32,000 nt of DNA, from positions 2,499,279-2,531,278 of the forward strand of contig NZ_CP040098.1 of the NCBI RefSeq assembly GCF_005377625.1, given 5' to 3'. Origin of the DNA: Desulfoglaeba alkanexedens ALDC (GTDB taxonomy: Bacteria; Desulfobacterota; Syntrophobacteria; Syntrophobacterales; DSM-9756). Of this stretch, positions 1-7,946 are shown in pieces. Position 1 is the first letter of the stretch. Each line of letters opens with the position of its first letter. Position numbers and translations under genes: made by a program. Below the pieces are notes generated by a model that was given only the letters and a program-made list of their open reading frames with translations, made no database searches and was not told the DNA's origin.

Positions 1-7
1 AATGACT

Positions 8-994
8 TCAGAACCTGGGAGGCGGAATGACCTCTTCAATCTGAATGGCCAGACTCCCTTTGTGAACTCCAGCGGCCGCCTTGTACTTCTGGACGCCTTC
101 CACGAAGACCCTCAGCGGATGTTGCACATCCTGGTCCAACACCAGCACGTCCCCCACGTGGAGCTGCAGCAGGTCCCGCCCCTTGATGGTCGCACGTCCC
201 AGCTGGACGACCACCTCGACCGGCACTTCCTGCAGCCGCCGCACGAACCGGTCGATCCACTCCTGGTCCACTTCCAGCTGGTCGCTCTGGTAGCTGGCGG
301 AAAGCTTGGAACGAATTGGTTCGATGGTTGAATAGGGGAGGCAGAGGATGATCTTTCCGATGAGGTTCTCCAGTTCCAGTTCGTAGTGAACCACGATGAC
401 CAGTTCGGTCGGCGGTACGATGCTGGCGAACTGAGGGTTGACTTCGGAGCGCACGAATTCAAATCGCACGGGCATCACCGGCTTCCATGCCTGTTCCAGG
501 TCGTTCAGAGCCATGCGCACCACCTTGTGGATCACGCGCTGCTCGATGGACGTGAAATCGCGGCCCTCGATCTTGAAGGTGCTCCGCCCTGTCCCTCCGA
601 AAAAGCAGTCGACCAGGTTGAAGATCAGCCGGCTTTCCACGACCAGGAGCACGTGGCCCCTGAGCGGGTCCATCTTCAGGATGTGCAGGCTCGTCGGCAC
701 AGGGAGCGTCCTCAGGAAGTCCCCGAACTTGATCATTTCCTTCTGGGTCACCGTAATGTCGATGATCCGCTGAAGGGTGCTCGAGAGGGTGATGCGGTGG
801 AGCCGTGCGTAGCGGTCGTTGATGATTTCGAGGGTGGGCATGCGCCCGCGGATGATCCGGTCCTGGCTCGTAAGATCGTAGGGCCGAACGCCGTCCTGGT
901 CTAGGTCCTCCTCGGCCTGCTCCGCTTCTATGGTGCCGTTGGAAAGCCCCTTGAGGAGCGCATCCACTTCCTCTTGGCTCAGGACCTGTTCCAT
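8..994 (-). CDS. fliM: Flagellar motor switch protein FliM
   Basis: 328-aa ORF. The N-terminus MEQVLSQEEVDALLKGL is the conserved FliM N-terminal motif, and the length and C-terminal SpoA-like region fit FliM. ATG 994 is preceded by AGGTGGA. It lies directly downstream of fliL, as in classical motor operons. Confidence 0.93.
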   Translation of the reverse strand: MEQVLSQEEVDALLKGLSNGTIEAEQAEEDLDQDGVRPYDLTSQDRIIRGRMPTLEIINDRYARLHRITLSSTLQRIIDITVTQKEMIKFGDFLRTLPVPTSLHILKMDPLRGHVLLVVESRLIFNLVDCFFGGTGRSTFKIEGRDFTSIEQRVIHKVVRMALNDLEQAWKPVMPVRFEFVRSEVNPQFASIVPPTELVIVVHYELELENLIGKIILCLPYSTIEPIRSKLSASYQSDQLEVDQEWIDRFVRRLQEVPVEVVVQLGRATIKGRDLLQLHVGDVLVLDQDVQHPLRVFVEGVQKYKAAAGVHKGSLAIQIEEVIPPPRF

Positions 995-1012
995 GAATCC
1001 ACCTGCGTCAAG

Positions 1013-1501
1013 TTATTGAACCAGAAATTCGGTGAAATAGATGTCTTCCACCTGGCCCTGTCGGAGCAGACGGTTCATCTGGGCCATCAGGGCTCGCTTG
1101 AGCGCCATCTTCCCGGAAAGCGTGCTGATGTCATCGCGTTCTTTGCTGGAAAGCAGCATCAGCACGGCGTCCCGAAGTTCGGAATTCCTTTCGGTGAATT
1201 CGGCCGCCGTTTGAGGGTTGCTCAGGCGGAGCCGCATGGTCAACTTCAAGTATCGTTCTCCCTGGGGATCCGAGAGGTTGACCAGAAACGTTTCCATGTC
1301 TTGAAGGACGGGCTTTGGGGACGCCGGAGCGGGACTCATGGGAAGCGGCAGACCTCCCTTGGCCGAAAAATAAGACCATGCGGCGAACCCGCCGCCGGCG
1401 AGAACCACGACTATCACCACCCCCATGACGATCTTGACCAGGGGAAACTTCTTTTTCGCCGGGGCTTCGGCGGGCTTGGCGTCCGGCTTCTTTTTTTCCA
1501 T
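1013..1501 (-). CDS. fliL: Flagellar basal-body-associated protein FliL
   Basis: 162-aa ORF with a Lys-rich N-tail and a single TM helix (IVMGVVIVVVLAGGGFAAW). This is followed by FLVNLSDPQGERYLKLTMRL...VEDIYFTEFLVQ, the hallmark FliL periplasmic domain pattern. Confidence 0.9.
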   Translation of the reverse strand: MEKKKPDAKPAEAPAKKKFPLVKIVMGVVIVVVLAGGGFAAWSYFSAKGGLPLPMSPAPASPKPVLQDMETFLVNLSDPQGERYLKLTMRLRLSNPQTAAEFTERNSELRDAVLMLLSSKERDDISTLSGKMALKRALMAQMNRLLRQGQVEDIYFTEFLVQ

Positions 1502-1564
1502 GAACTCTTACCTCCTGCGAAACCGATGGGTCCTTGCATTCCTTTGTCCAGGGCCGAGGCGACC

Positions 1565-2329
1565 TCAGTCGAAGCGGCTGGCGCGGGCTTTGGGCGGCAC
1601 GAAGGAATGCAGCTTCTGCTCTATGATCCGCGGGTTTTCCCCGTTGGCCACAGCCACGATGCCGCTGATGATCATCTCCTTGACGAGCGTCTCTTCCTGG
1701 CTGCGCTTCCTCAACTTTCCGGCCATGGGAAGGCAGACCAGGTTCGCGGCGACGGCTCCGTAGAACGTGGTGAGCAGGGCCACCGCCATGGCGGGTCCAA
1801 TGGTGCTGGGGTCCTCCATGCTTGAGAGCATCTGCACCAGGCCGATGAGGGTACCGATCATCCCCATGGCCGGAAAGAACGTGGCCATGGTGTTCAGGAC
1901 CTCAGCCCCGGACCGGTGCCGCTCTTCAAGGTATTCGATTTCCGTCTCCAGGATCTCCTTGATGGAATCGGGTTCCATCCCGTCCACCGTGAGCTGCAAC
2001 CCCTTGACCATGAAGGGATCGTCCACGTTGGCCAGCTCCGATTCCAAGGCCAGGATTCCTTCTCTCCGCGATTTGTTGGCGAATTCCACGAATCGGTCCA
2101 CCACCTCCTGGGTGCTCCACACCCGGGTGAAAAAGACGTTCTTCGCTACGTTCATGACGCTCAGGACGTCTCGGATGGGATAATGGATCATGGTGGCTCC
2201 GATGGTGCCGCCGAAGACGATGAAGATGGAAGGAATGTTGAAAAAGAGCGTGAGGCTGCCACCGATCATGATGGAGATGAGGACCAGGGCGAAGGCCGAA
2301 AAAATTCCGATCAATGTTGCGATGTCCAT
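1565..2329 (-). CDS. motA: Flagellar stator subunit MotA (MotA/TolQ/ExbB proton-channel family)
   Basis: 254-aa multi-TM ORF. It starts MDIATLIGIFSAFALVLISIMIGG and has a C-terminal LPMAGKLRKRSQEE-type plug region typical of MotA/PomA. It is positioned between flgE and fliL. ATG 2329 is preceded by AGGTGG. Confidence 0.88.
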   Translation of the reverse strand: MDIATLIGIFSAFALVLISIMIGGSLTLFFNIPSIFIVFGGTIGATMIHYPIRDVLSVMNVAKNVFFTRVWSTQEVVDRFVEFANKSRREGILALESELANVDDPFMVKGLQLTVDGMEPDSIKEILETEIEYLEERHRSGAEVLNTMATFFPAMGMIGTLIGLVQMLSSMEDPSTIGPAMAVALLTTFYGAVAANLVCLPMAGKLRKRSQEETLVKEMIISGIVAVANGENPRIIEQKLHSFVPPKARASRFD

Positions 2330-2426
2330 GAGAGTGCGCCACCTGCCGGTTAAGCCGTCGCTTTCGTGATGCCCTTCTCCGGGCGGACTGTCCGCGTCTT
2401 ACCCATGGGGGTTGAACAGGCAGAGA

Positions 2427-2441
2427 GCAACGAATGTGCCA
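2427..2441 (-). promoter_or_regulatory. Sigma-54 (RpoN) -24/-12 promoter upstream of motA
   Basis: The reverse complement reads aTGGCACattcgTTGCTc. This is a full match to TGGCAC-N5-TTGC with correct GG-N10-GC spacing, about 100 nt upstream of the motA ATG (2329). Confidence 0.7.
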
Positions 2442-2661
2442 TGGCTTTCGAAGCCAAAGCCGGTAGGCGGAAAGAAGGGGAAGGATCTGGGCCGGAGAGC
2501 CGGGGTTCGAACCGGCGGTGGAAGGCGTTTTCGCCCAAAGAGTCAAAACCGTGACTCCTTGGAGGAAGGAACCGCCGCAGCGCCCCGCCGTCCAAGGCGC
2601 AACGGCGGAGCATTACGGGGCGGCTTGGTTTCGGAGGAACGCGTCGCCGGTTCGAGCCGCG

Positions 2662-3819
2662 TTAACGAACCATGTTGACCGCGACATCCAGAAGCGCGGC
2701 AGCTGTGGTGATGGTTTTGGAGTTGGCGTTGTAGCTGGCCTGGTAGGTGATCATGTTGACCATTTCCTTGGCGATGTCCACGTTGGAACCTTCGATGGTG
2801 TAACTGAATAGGTTGCCTCGGATGCCGTCGCCGGCTGTTCCGTGGATGGGAAACTTGGACTCGGGCCCCTGGGTGTAAAGGTTGCTTCCCTGGCGGATCA
2901 GGCCGTTGTTGTTGGCGAAGGTGCTCACCCGGAGCTGACCGTCCAGGATGGGCTGCGGGTCCATGTTGGCATAAAGAAACTGAATCTCAGGCGGATCGGT
3001 GTTTGGGTTGGGAGCCGTTACTTCCATGGAATAATGTCCTTCAGGCAGGGCCGCCGGCCAGGTGATATCGCCGTTTTCCACCAGCTTGGCCAGATCGATG
3101 GTTCCGTAGAAGCAATCGTTGGTGCCGTCACCGTCGGCATCGTGGTTATAGAGGGTGTTGTTCAGGGTAATGGTGCCGGTGACGGTCGGATTTTCGCGGT
3201 CGGTGATGGTGATGGTGACGTCGCCGAAGGAAGCCGTGTCGTACGCTTCGGTGAAATAGAGTGTCCCCCCGAAAAGCTCAGGGCTCCCGGTCGCTTCCAG
3301 CGAATAATAGGTGAGGTACTGCGGATCGGTGGGTGTCCCCCAGATTTGGCCGTTGCTGTCGATGTAGTAGTTGGTGTACCAGGCGTCCTGAGGAGAATCC
3401 ACCTTGATGGCTTCCCCGGCGCGGCTGAGCACATGATAGCCCAGCTCGTTCACCAAGTATCCGTCTTTGTCCATGTGGAAGCCTCCGTCGCGCGTGTAGT
3501 AGATGTTGTTGGTGTTCGGGACCTGTACCGAGAAGAAGCCTTCCCCGTTGATGGCTACGTCCGACCAGCGCGTGGTGCTGAGAAGCGATCCCTGAGAGAA
3601 TTCGGTCACGATCCCCATAATGGCGGTTCCCGCCCCTTCACGGTCCCTGTCTCTCGACAGCGTCGGGTAGTAACCTGCCACCATGTCCCCGAACCGGGCA
3701 CTGTTCGTCTTGTACGCGGTGGTGTTGGAGTTGGCGATGTTGTCGCCGACGACCGTGAGCGCGGTGCTCGAGCTGTTCAGGCCGCTGACTCCGATGTTCA
3801 TGGCTTGACTGATTCCCAT
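2662..3819 (-). CDS. flgE: Flagellar hook protein FlgE
   Basis: 385-aa ORF. The N-terminus MGISQAMNIGVSGLNSSSTALTVVGDNIANSNTTAYK is the rod/hook N-terminal motif. The C-terminus ITYQASYNANSKTITTAAALLDVAVNMVR is the rod/hook C-terminal motif. GGGAGGT Shine-Dalgarno (SD, ribosome-binding site) sequence; the gene follows flgD. Confidence 0.9.
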   Translation of the reverse strand: MGISQAMNIGVSGLNSSSTALTVVGDNIANSNTTAYKTNSARFGDMVAGYYPTLSRDRDREGAGTAIMGIVTEFSQGSLLSTTRWSDVAINGEGFFSVQVPNTNNIYYTRDGGFHMDKDGYLVNELGYHVLSRAGEAIKVDSPQDAWYTNYYIDSNGQIWGTPTDPQYLTYYSLEATGSPELFGGTLYFTEAYDTASFGDVTITITDRENPTVTGTITLNNTLYNHDADGDGTNDCFYGTIDLAKLVENGDITWPAALPEGHYSMEVTAPNPNTDPPEIQFLYANMDPQPILDGQLRVSTFANNNGLIRQGSNLYTQGPESKFPIHGTAGDGIRGNLFSYTIEGSNVDIAKEMVNMITYQASYNANSKTITTAAALLDVAVNMVR

Positions 3820-3952
3820 GGCCTCTTACCTCCCTGTACAGTCCAAAGTTGTATAGCTTTTCAGAAAAATAATCGGTAGCGCTCTAAAGTGGAGACCTTA
3901 AGCAAAAAGGTTAACAAAGGTCAAAAAATCCCCCCTCTCCCCCTCCCCTTAA

Positions 3953-4074
3953 TCCCCTCCCACAAGGGGAGGGGAAATAGGATTTGTACTCGTTCCCAAG
4001 CTCCGGCTTGGGAACGCCCTCAATCGAAGCTGGAGCGTCTCCACAGTTGTGTTCCCAAGCTGGAGCTTGGGAAC
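3953..4074. repeat. Repeat cluster inside the flgD-flgE spacer: GC hairpin plus two type-A 24-bp palindromes
   Basis: Hairpin TCCCCTCCC-acaag-GGGAGGGGA at 3953-3975. Type-A palindromes GTTCCCAAGCTCCGGCTTGGGAAC (3992-4015) and GTTCCCAAGCTGGAGCTTGGGAAC (4051-4074), with the associated GAAGCTGGAGCgTCTCC module at 4026-4042. Confidence 0.85.
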
Positions 4075-4108
4075 AAGAAGACAAAGGCAAGCCGGCTCCT
4101 ACAAAAAC

Positions 4109-4828
4109 TCACAAGGAGGTGCCTTCCGTCGGCGTCGGTTCAGGGGTCGTGTCCCGAATGTGAAGCAATGCCCCGATGGGCACCTTCAGTCCGTCGGCGT
4201 CTCCAAGAACCAGGTAGGACTGACCTTCCTCCATGTTGAAACCGTAAACGGAATCGCTCACGGTGGTCGTCGCTTCCAGGGGCTGCCCCTGCGCGCCCGT
4301 CGCTTCCACCTGGAACGTGTAGACTCCGTCCGTAACCGTTTTGCCTTTGGAATCGGTTCCATCCCAGGCCAACGCGTGTTCACCCGCTTCCAAGACTCCC
4401 ATATCGAGCGTCCGAACCACACGGCCGTCGGCGTCCTGTATGGAAACGGTCACTTCGGCCGGCGCCTCCAGTCGGAAGCCTCCCTGGGAGACCTCACCGC
4501 CGTTCACGCGGACCCGGTCGTCTGCGGCTGTCACGTGTTTTCCGATCAGGGTGAGAAGTTGGGTGTTGTTGATGGATGACAAGTAGTTCTGCTGAGTCTG
4601 GAGCGTGCCGTTGATTTGAGTGAGCTGCTCCACCGTGCTGAATTGAGCCAGCTGGGCTGCCATTTCGTGGGATTCCATGGGATTCGTGGGATCCTGGTGC
4701 TGAAGCTGAGTCGTGAACATGAGCAGAAACGATCCCATGTCGGCGATGGTCTTCTTCGGGCCGTCCGACGGGACGGGTCCCTGAGCGGCCGGCAGCGTAT
4801 ACGACGGCTGATACGAATTGACGTTCAT
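4109..4828 (-). CDS. flgD: Flagellar hook assembly/capping protein FlgD
   Basis: The track ORF is 4109..4900. I prefer ATG 4828 (MNVNSYQPS...) because GAGGA lies about 5 nt upstream and it avoids a 32-nt overlap with fliK. The protein contains FLLMFTTQLQHQDPTNPMESHEMAAQLAQFSTVEQL (FlgD N-domain signature). It also has an Ig-like C-domain pattern (VTVSIQDADGRVV...AWDGTDSKGKTVTDGVYTFQVEA). Confidence 0.9.
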   Translation of the reverse strand: MNVNSYQPSYTLPAAQGPVPSDGPKKTIADMGSFLLMFTTQLQHQDPTNPMESHEMAAQLAQFSTVEQLTQINGTLQTQQNYLSSINNTQLLTLIGKHVTAADDRVRVNGGEVSQGGFRLEAPAEVTVSIQDADGRVVRTLDMGVLEAGEHALAWDGTDSKGKTVTDGVYTFQVEATGAQGQPLEATTTVSDSVYGFNMEEGQSYLVLGDADGLKVPIGALLHIRDTTPEPTPTEGTSL

Positions 4829-4868
4829 GACGGCATCCTCATAAAAGATTGCTTCAAAGCGCGGGTGG

Positions 4869-6869
4869 TCATGCCACCAGACTGATGGTCTGCCCGTCAT
4901 TCAGGCGGCGGGCAGTCGCGGGCAGAACGCCCGCGGACAGGGGTTTCTTCTCTGAGGCCGTCCCGGTCCCCGAGCCTGGATCGACCTTGGCCTCGTCCGG
5001 GGAAAATCGGCCATGTTCCTTTTCCTTACGCACGTCCACGGAAAAGGACCCCAAGGTGATGCCCTGTTCGGCGAGCATCTGGCGAAGAAAACCGGCGTTC
5101 CGTGCCAGAAGCTCCCGAACCTGCTCGTGCTCCGCCGTGATCCACGTACTGACCTGATCGTTTCGGGTCTCCACGCGGAGCACCAGCTTCCCCAGGTGTT
5201 TCGGTTCCACTTCCAGCGTCAGCCGATGGCGGTTTTGTCGGATCATTTCCTGGAAGCGCTCCGCCACAACAGAAGGCCACGTGGAGCTGTAGAACGGCAC
5301 CCGGGATTCAATGCTCGGTTGATTGACTGCCGGGGAAGGACCGGCACCATCCAGCTTCAGCGAGACGATCTGCCCAATGGCCCGCTGGAAACCTGACCCG
5401 GACCGCAGGTTGTCGCCGCTCCCGGGGTTCTCTCCGCCGGAGGCGGGCTCCGCCGTCAAAGGACTCCCTTTGAGACCGGCCGTTTCAGCCTCGAAAAGCG
5501 AACCGGGGGAACCGTGTCCATGGGACGGATTCTCCTGTTTCCCCGTGTTTTCATTGCCACTGGAAGACGCGGAAGGCGCCGGTGGGGTCGGTGAATCCGA
5601 TTTTTCCAGCGGGGCCCGTTCTCCGGCTTGAGCCTGTCGCGACCCATGGGTGCGCCCCAGACCTTCCATTTCAGTCGGAGCCGCCGCGGGAAGCCCGTTC
5701 TTGGCCTGATCAGCCGCTTTCACGGAGGCGTGTTCGAGCTGTTCCGGGGCTGATGCACCGCTCGGCGGCTCCGTGTTCACGGTTTCAACGAAAGCGCGGG
5801 GATTCGGTTTCACGGGATTGGCTCCTTCGGTTTGCGGCTGCGATGGAGGCGCGCCTTCTGCGCTTTCGTTCAGCGCTGCGGAATCGCCGGAGTTCAAGGT
5901 GGATTCGGCGGAGGAAGTCCCCGGGCGTTGATCGGCATGCGCGGCCAAGACCTTCGGCGCCTTGAAGTCCCGGGGTCTGGGCGGATCGGTCAATGGTTCC
6001 GACGCGAGTCCCGGTTCCGATTCAGTCCATTCCACGGGGTCCTTTGCCGTGGGTTCTCCATCCTCGGGCGCCTTGGTATCCCCGAAAAGCGATTCATCGC
6101 TCTTGGAAAAATTCGGCATGGTGTTCCACGAACGCTTGGGATTCGATGGCCCGTTCGGCGAAGGAGTGTTCCCGCTCGAATCTTCCTCCGCCCTCCCATC
6201 CGTCCGTCCGCCGGCGTCGCCCTTAAACCTCATCGCGTCGTCGTTCTCCTCACTGAAGGCGGCGTCCCGGGACACCTTGTCCGCGATCCGTTCGAGCATT
6301 TCCTTGAATTCGGCCGCGCTGTAGGAGCCGGTTTTCCTGACGGCAACGTCTTCGGAGACCCCTTCGACCGGTCCGCCGTTGTAAAGAAGTGTCTCCAGTA
6401 GATTCGCCACGTGTTCAGCCGGGGCGGCGGGGACTTCCGTTATGGACTGTGCCGCCGGCTTTTCGGAAAGCGCCGCCATGAGGGCATCCAAACGGATATG
6501 TCGGTCACCGCCGGCCGCTTCAAGGCATGCCGCCCTGCATTCAGGGGAAAAGCCTAACTGCGCCAGGATCTCCTGAAGCCCCTGAACATCCCCCAGGGCC
6601 AATTCTTCTTCGACCTTCTTCCGTTTCAACCGGAGCGCCCCGGCCAGCCGCGCTCGATCTTCGAAGTGCTGGAAGAGAGAGAGTCGCTGCGGCGCGTTCA
6701 ACGTGTCATCGTTTCCCGGGGATGCCTTCGATTTTCCAAGAAGCAGGTTCTCCTGTGTCTTCATTTCCTTGGTGAAATCGGAATCCAGGATGGTTCTTCC
6801 GATCTTTCGATGTTCGGCCGCTGTGACGTTTTCCAGAAGTTGAGCGGAGTTGAGCAGGATCGCGACCAT
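4869..6869 (-). CDS. fliK: Flagellar hook-length control protein FliK
   Basis: The track ORF starts at a TTG (7022). ATG 6869 (MVAILLNSAQ) has a GAGGAAACC SD and lies downstream of the sigma-54 promoter, so I prefer it. The middle is long and rich in Pro/Ser/Gly/Ala/Glu. The C-terminus LTLEVEPKHLGKLVLRVETRNDQVSTWITAEHEQVRELLARNAGFLRQMLAEQGITLGSFSVDV is a FliK (Flg_hook) domain. The order fliK-flgD-flgE is canonical. Confidence 0.85.
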   Translation of the reverse strand: MVAILLNSAQLLENVTAAEHRKIGRTILDSDFTKEMKTQENLLLGKSKASPGNDDTLNAPQRLSLFQHFEDRARLAGALRLKRKKVEEELALGDVQGLQEILAQLGFSPECRAACLEAAGGDRHIRLDALMAALSEKPAAQSITEVPAAPAEHVANLLETLLYNGGPVEGVSEDVAVRKTGSYSAAEFKEMLERIADKVSRDAAFSEENDDAMRFKGDAGGRTDGRAEEDSSGNTPSPNGPSNPKRSWNTMPNFSKSDESLFGDTKAPEDGEPTAKDPVEWTESEPGLASEPLTDPPRPRDFKAPKVLAAHADQRPGTSSAESTLNSGDSAALNESAEGAPPSQPQTEGANPVKPNPRAFVETVNTEPPSGASAPEQLEHASVKAADQAKNGLPAAAPTEMEGLGRTHGSRQAQAGERAPLEKSDSPTPPAPSASSSGNENTGKQENPSHGHGSPGSLFEAETAGLKGSPLTAEPASGGENPGSGDNLRSGSGFQRAIGQIVSLKLDGAGPSPAVNQPSIESRVPFYSSTWPSVVAERFQEMIRQNRHRLTLEVEPKHLGKLVLRVETRNDQVSTWITAEHEQVRELLARNAGFLRQMLAEQGITLGSFSVDVRKEKEHGRFSPDEAKVDPGSGTGTASEKKPLSAGVLPATARRLNDGQTISLVA

Positions 6870-6917
6870 GGTTTCCTCGTCTTCGAGAAGGGGGCTTCGA
6901 TTTCGACCGGATGTAGA

Positions 6918-6932
6918 GCAACGGGAGTGCCA
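6918..6932 (-). promoter_or_regulatory. Sigma-54 -24/-12 promoter upstream of fliK
   Basis: The reverse complement reads tTGGCACtcccgTTGCTc, a perfect TGGCAC-N5-TTGC match, 49-63 nt upstream of the preferred fliK ATG (6869). Confidence 0.72.
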
Positions 6933-7065
6933 AATGAGCCGGCCTATAGAAGTGGTGTGAATACAGCATCTTATCCGTGGGGTCCGGGGGTTGGCCTTCA
7001 TGAACGGACATGAGGCGGGCAACTTTTGCCGCCTCGGGCTGCAATTGCTTCCCAGCCGCCTGGAT

Positions 7066-7388
7066 GCGCCGATGCCCCGCCCGCCCCCATCGGCCCGATG
7101 GCGGGCCTCCTACAGGTGGCCCGGTGTGGGAGCGGCGCCCGGTTGTAGGAACGGCGCCCCCGCCGCGATGAACCAACGGGCGGGCGCCTTGATGAAAAAC
7201 CGGGCCAATCCCCTGTAGGAGCCGGCTTGCCGGCGATGAGGGTCAATGCGGTATTGCCGGTTTTGCGAGTCGCGGGCAAACCCGCTCCTAGAATCCCTGC
7301 GCTCTCCACATTATTCCCAAGCTCCACCACCCACCTTGTTCCCAAGCTCCAGCTTGGGAACGGCCTGCCCGGGAAGCTCCAGCTTCCC
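7066..7388. repeat. REP/MITE-like array (type-B GC hairpin units plus type-A palindromes)
   Basis: Several TGTAGGAGC/TGTGGGAGC-[GC hairpin]-GCGAT units occur in both orientations. One complete composite lies at 7213-7290: CTGTAGGAGCCGGCTTGCCGGCGAT-gagggtcaatgcggtattgccggttttgcgagt-CGCGGGCAAACCCGCTCCTA. A type-A palindrome is at 7338-7361 and GGGAAGCTCCAGCTTCCC at 7371-7388. Confidence 0.85.
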
Positions 7389-7946
7389 GTACTCAACAGA
7401 AATTTGGAAACTGAAAAATTTGACCTGACCTCTCAATAATCTCCCGAACAGCCGCAGCAACTCGGGGTAACGTAGCCTGGATTAATGTGAGGAGGCCGGG
7501 CTGCAATGGAGAAGTTCCCAAAGTCATCATTTTGAATCAAGAGTTGGTTCGTGAGAAGCTGCGTCTGAAAAAGTATGATGACGTATGCCTCAGCGATTGA
7601 GGTCGTCTTGATGAGTTTGTCCATTTCATCATCTCTTTGTAGGGGGGAGAAAGGAATCACCCCCATGCAGAATCTGAGCCTTTCAGCCGAAAAACCGACG
7701 TGGATGTGCGCCTTCAAACAAGGGATCTGACCTATTCACGCTCCAGCCGGCATCTCTCAACGGGACGTTCAGACCCTCGATCACCCCAAACGGCCCACTG
7801 GACACTTCTGTGGAAAATGGGTGTCGCTGCCATCCGAGCGCACCAGACGTGGAGATCGTATTCACGACCTTGCTGTTCGGGTCTACCTTCCATTCGATGA
7901 AGCGGGAAGCTTGACCGACAAGGAAGAGCCAACCGTGCGGATCCTT

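Noticed and set aside
2499-2516. tRNA-like T-arm (GCCGG-GGTTCGAA-CCGGC) in the flgE-motA spacer
   Set aside because: I could not fold the surrounding 2440-2530 into an acceptor stem, D-arm or anticodon arm, and the loop is 8 nt. It is at most a tRNA-gene remnant and is not callable as a tRNA.
3869-3905. Sigma-28-like -10 (CCGATTAT on the minus strand), and a TTGACC-N17-TTAAGG sigma-70-like pair (minus strand, adjacent at ~3894-3922), upstream of flgE
   Set aside because: The nearest TAAG -35-like element is 20 nt away against the expected ~15, and the -10 of the sigma-70 candidate is poor. flgE is more simply explained as co-transcribed from the fliK promoter.
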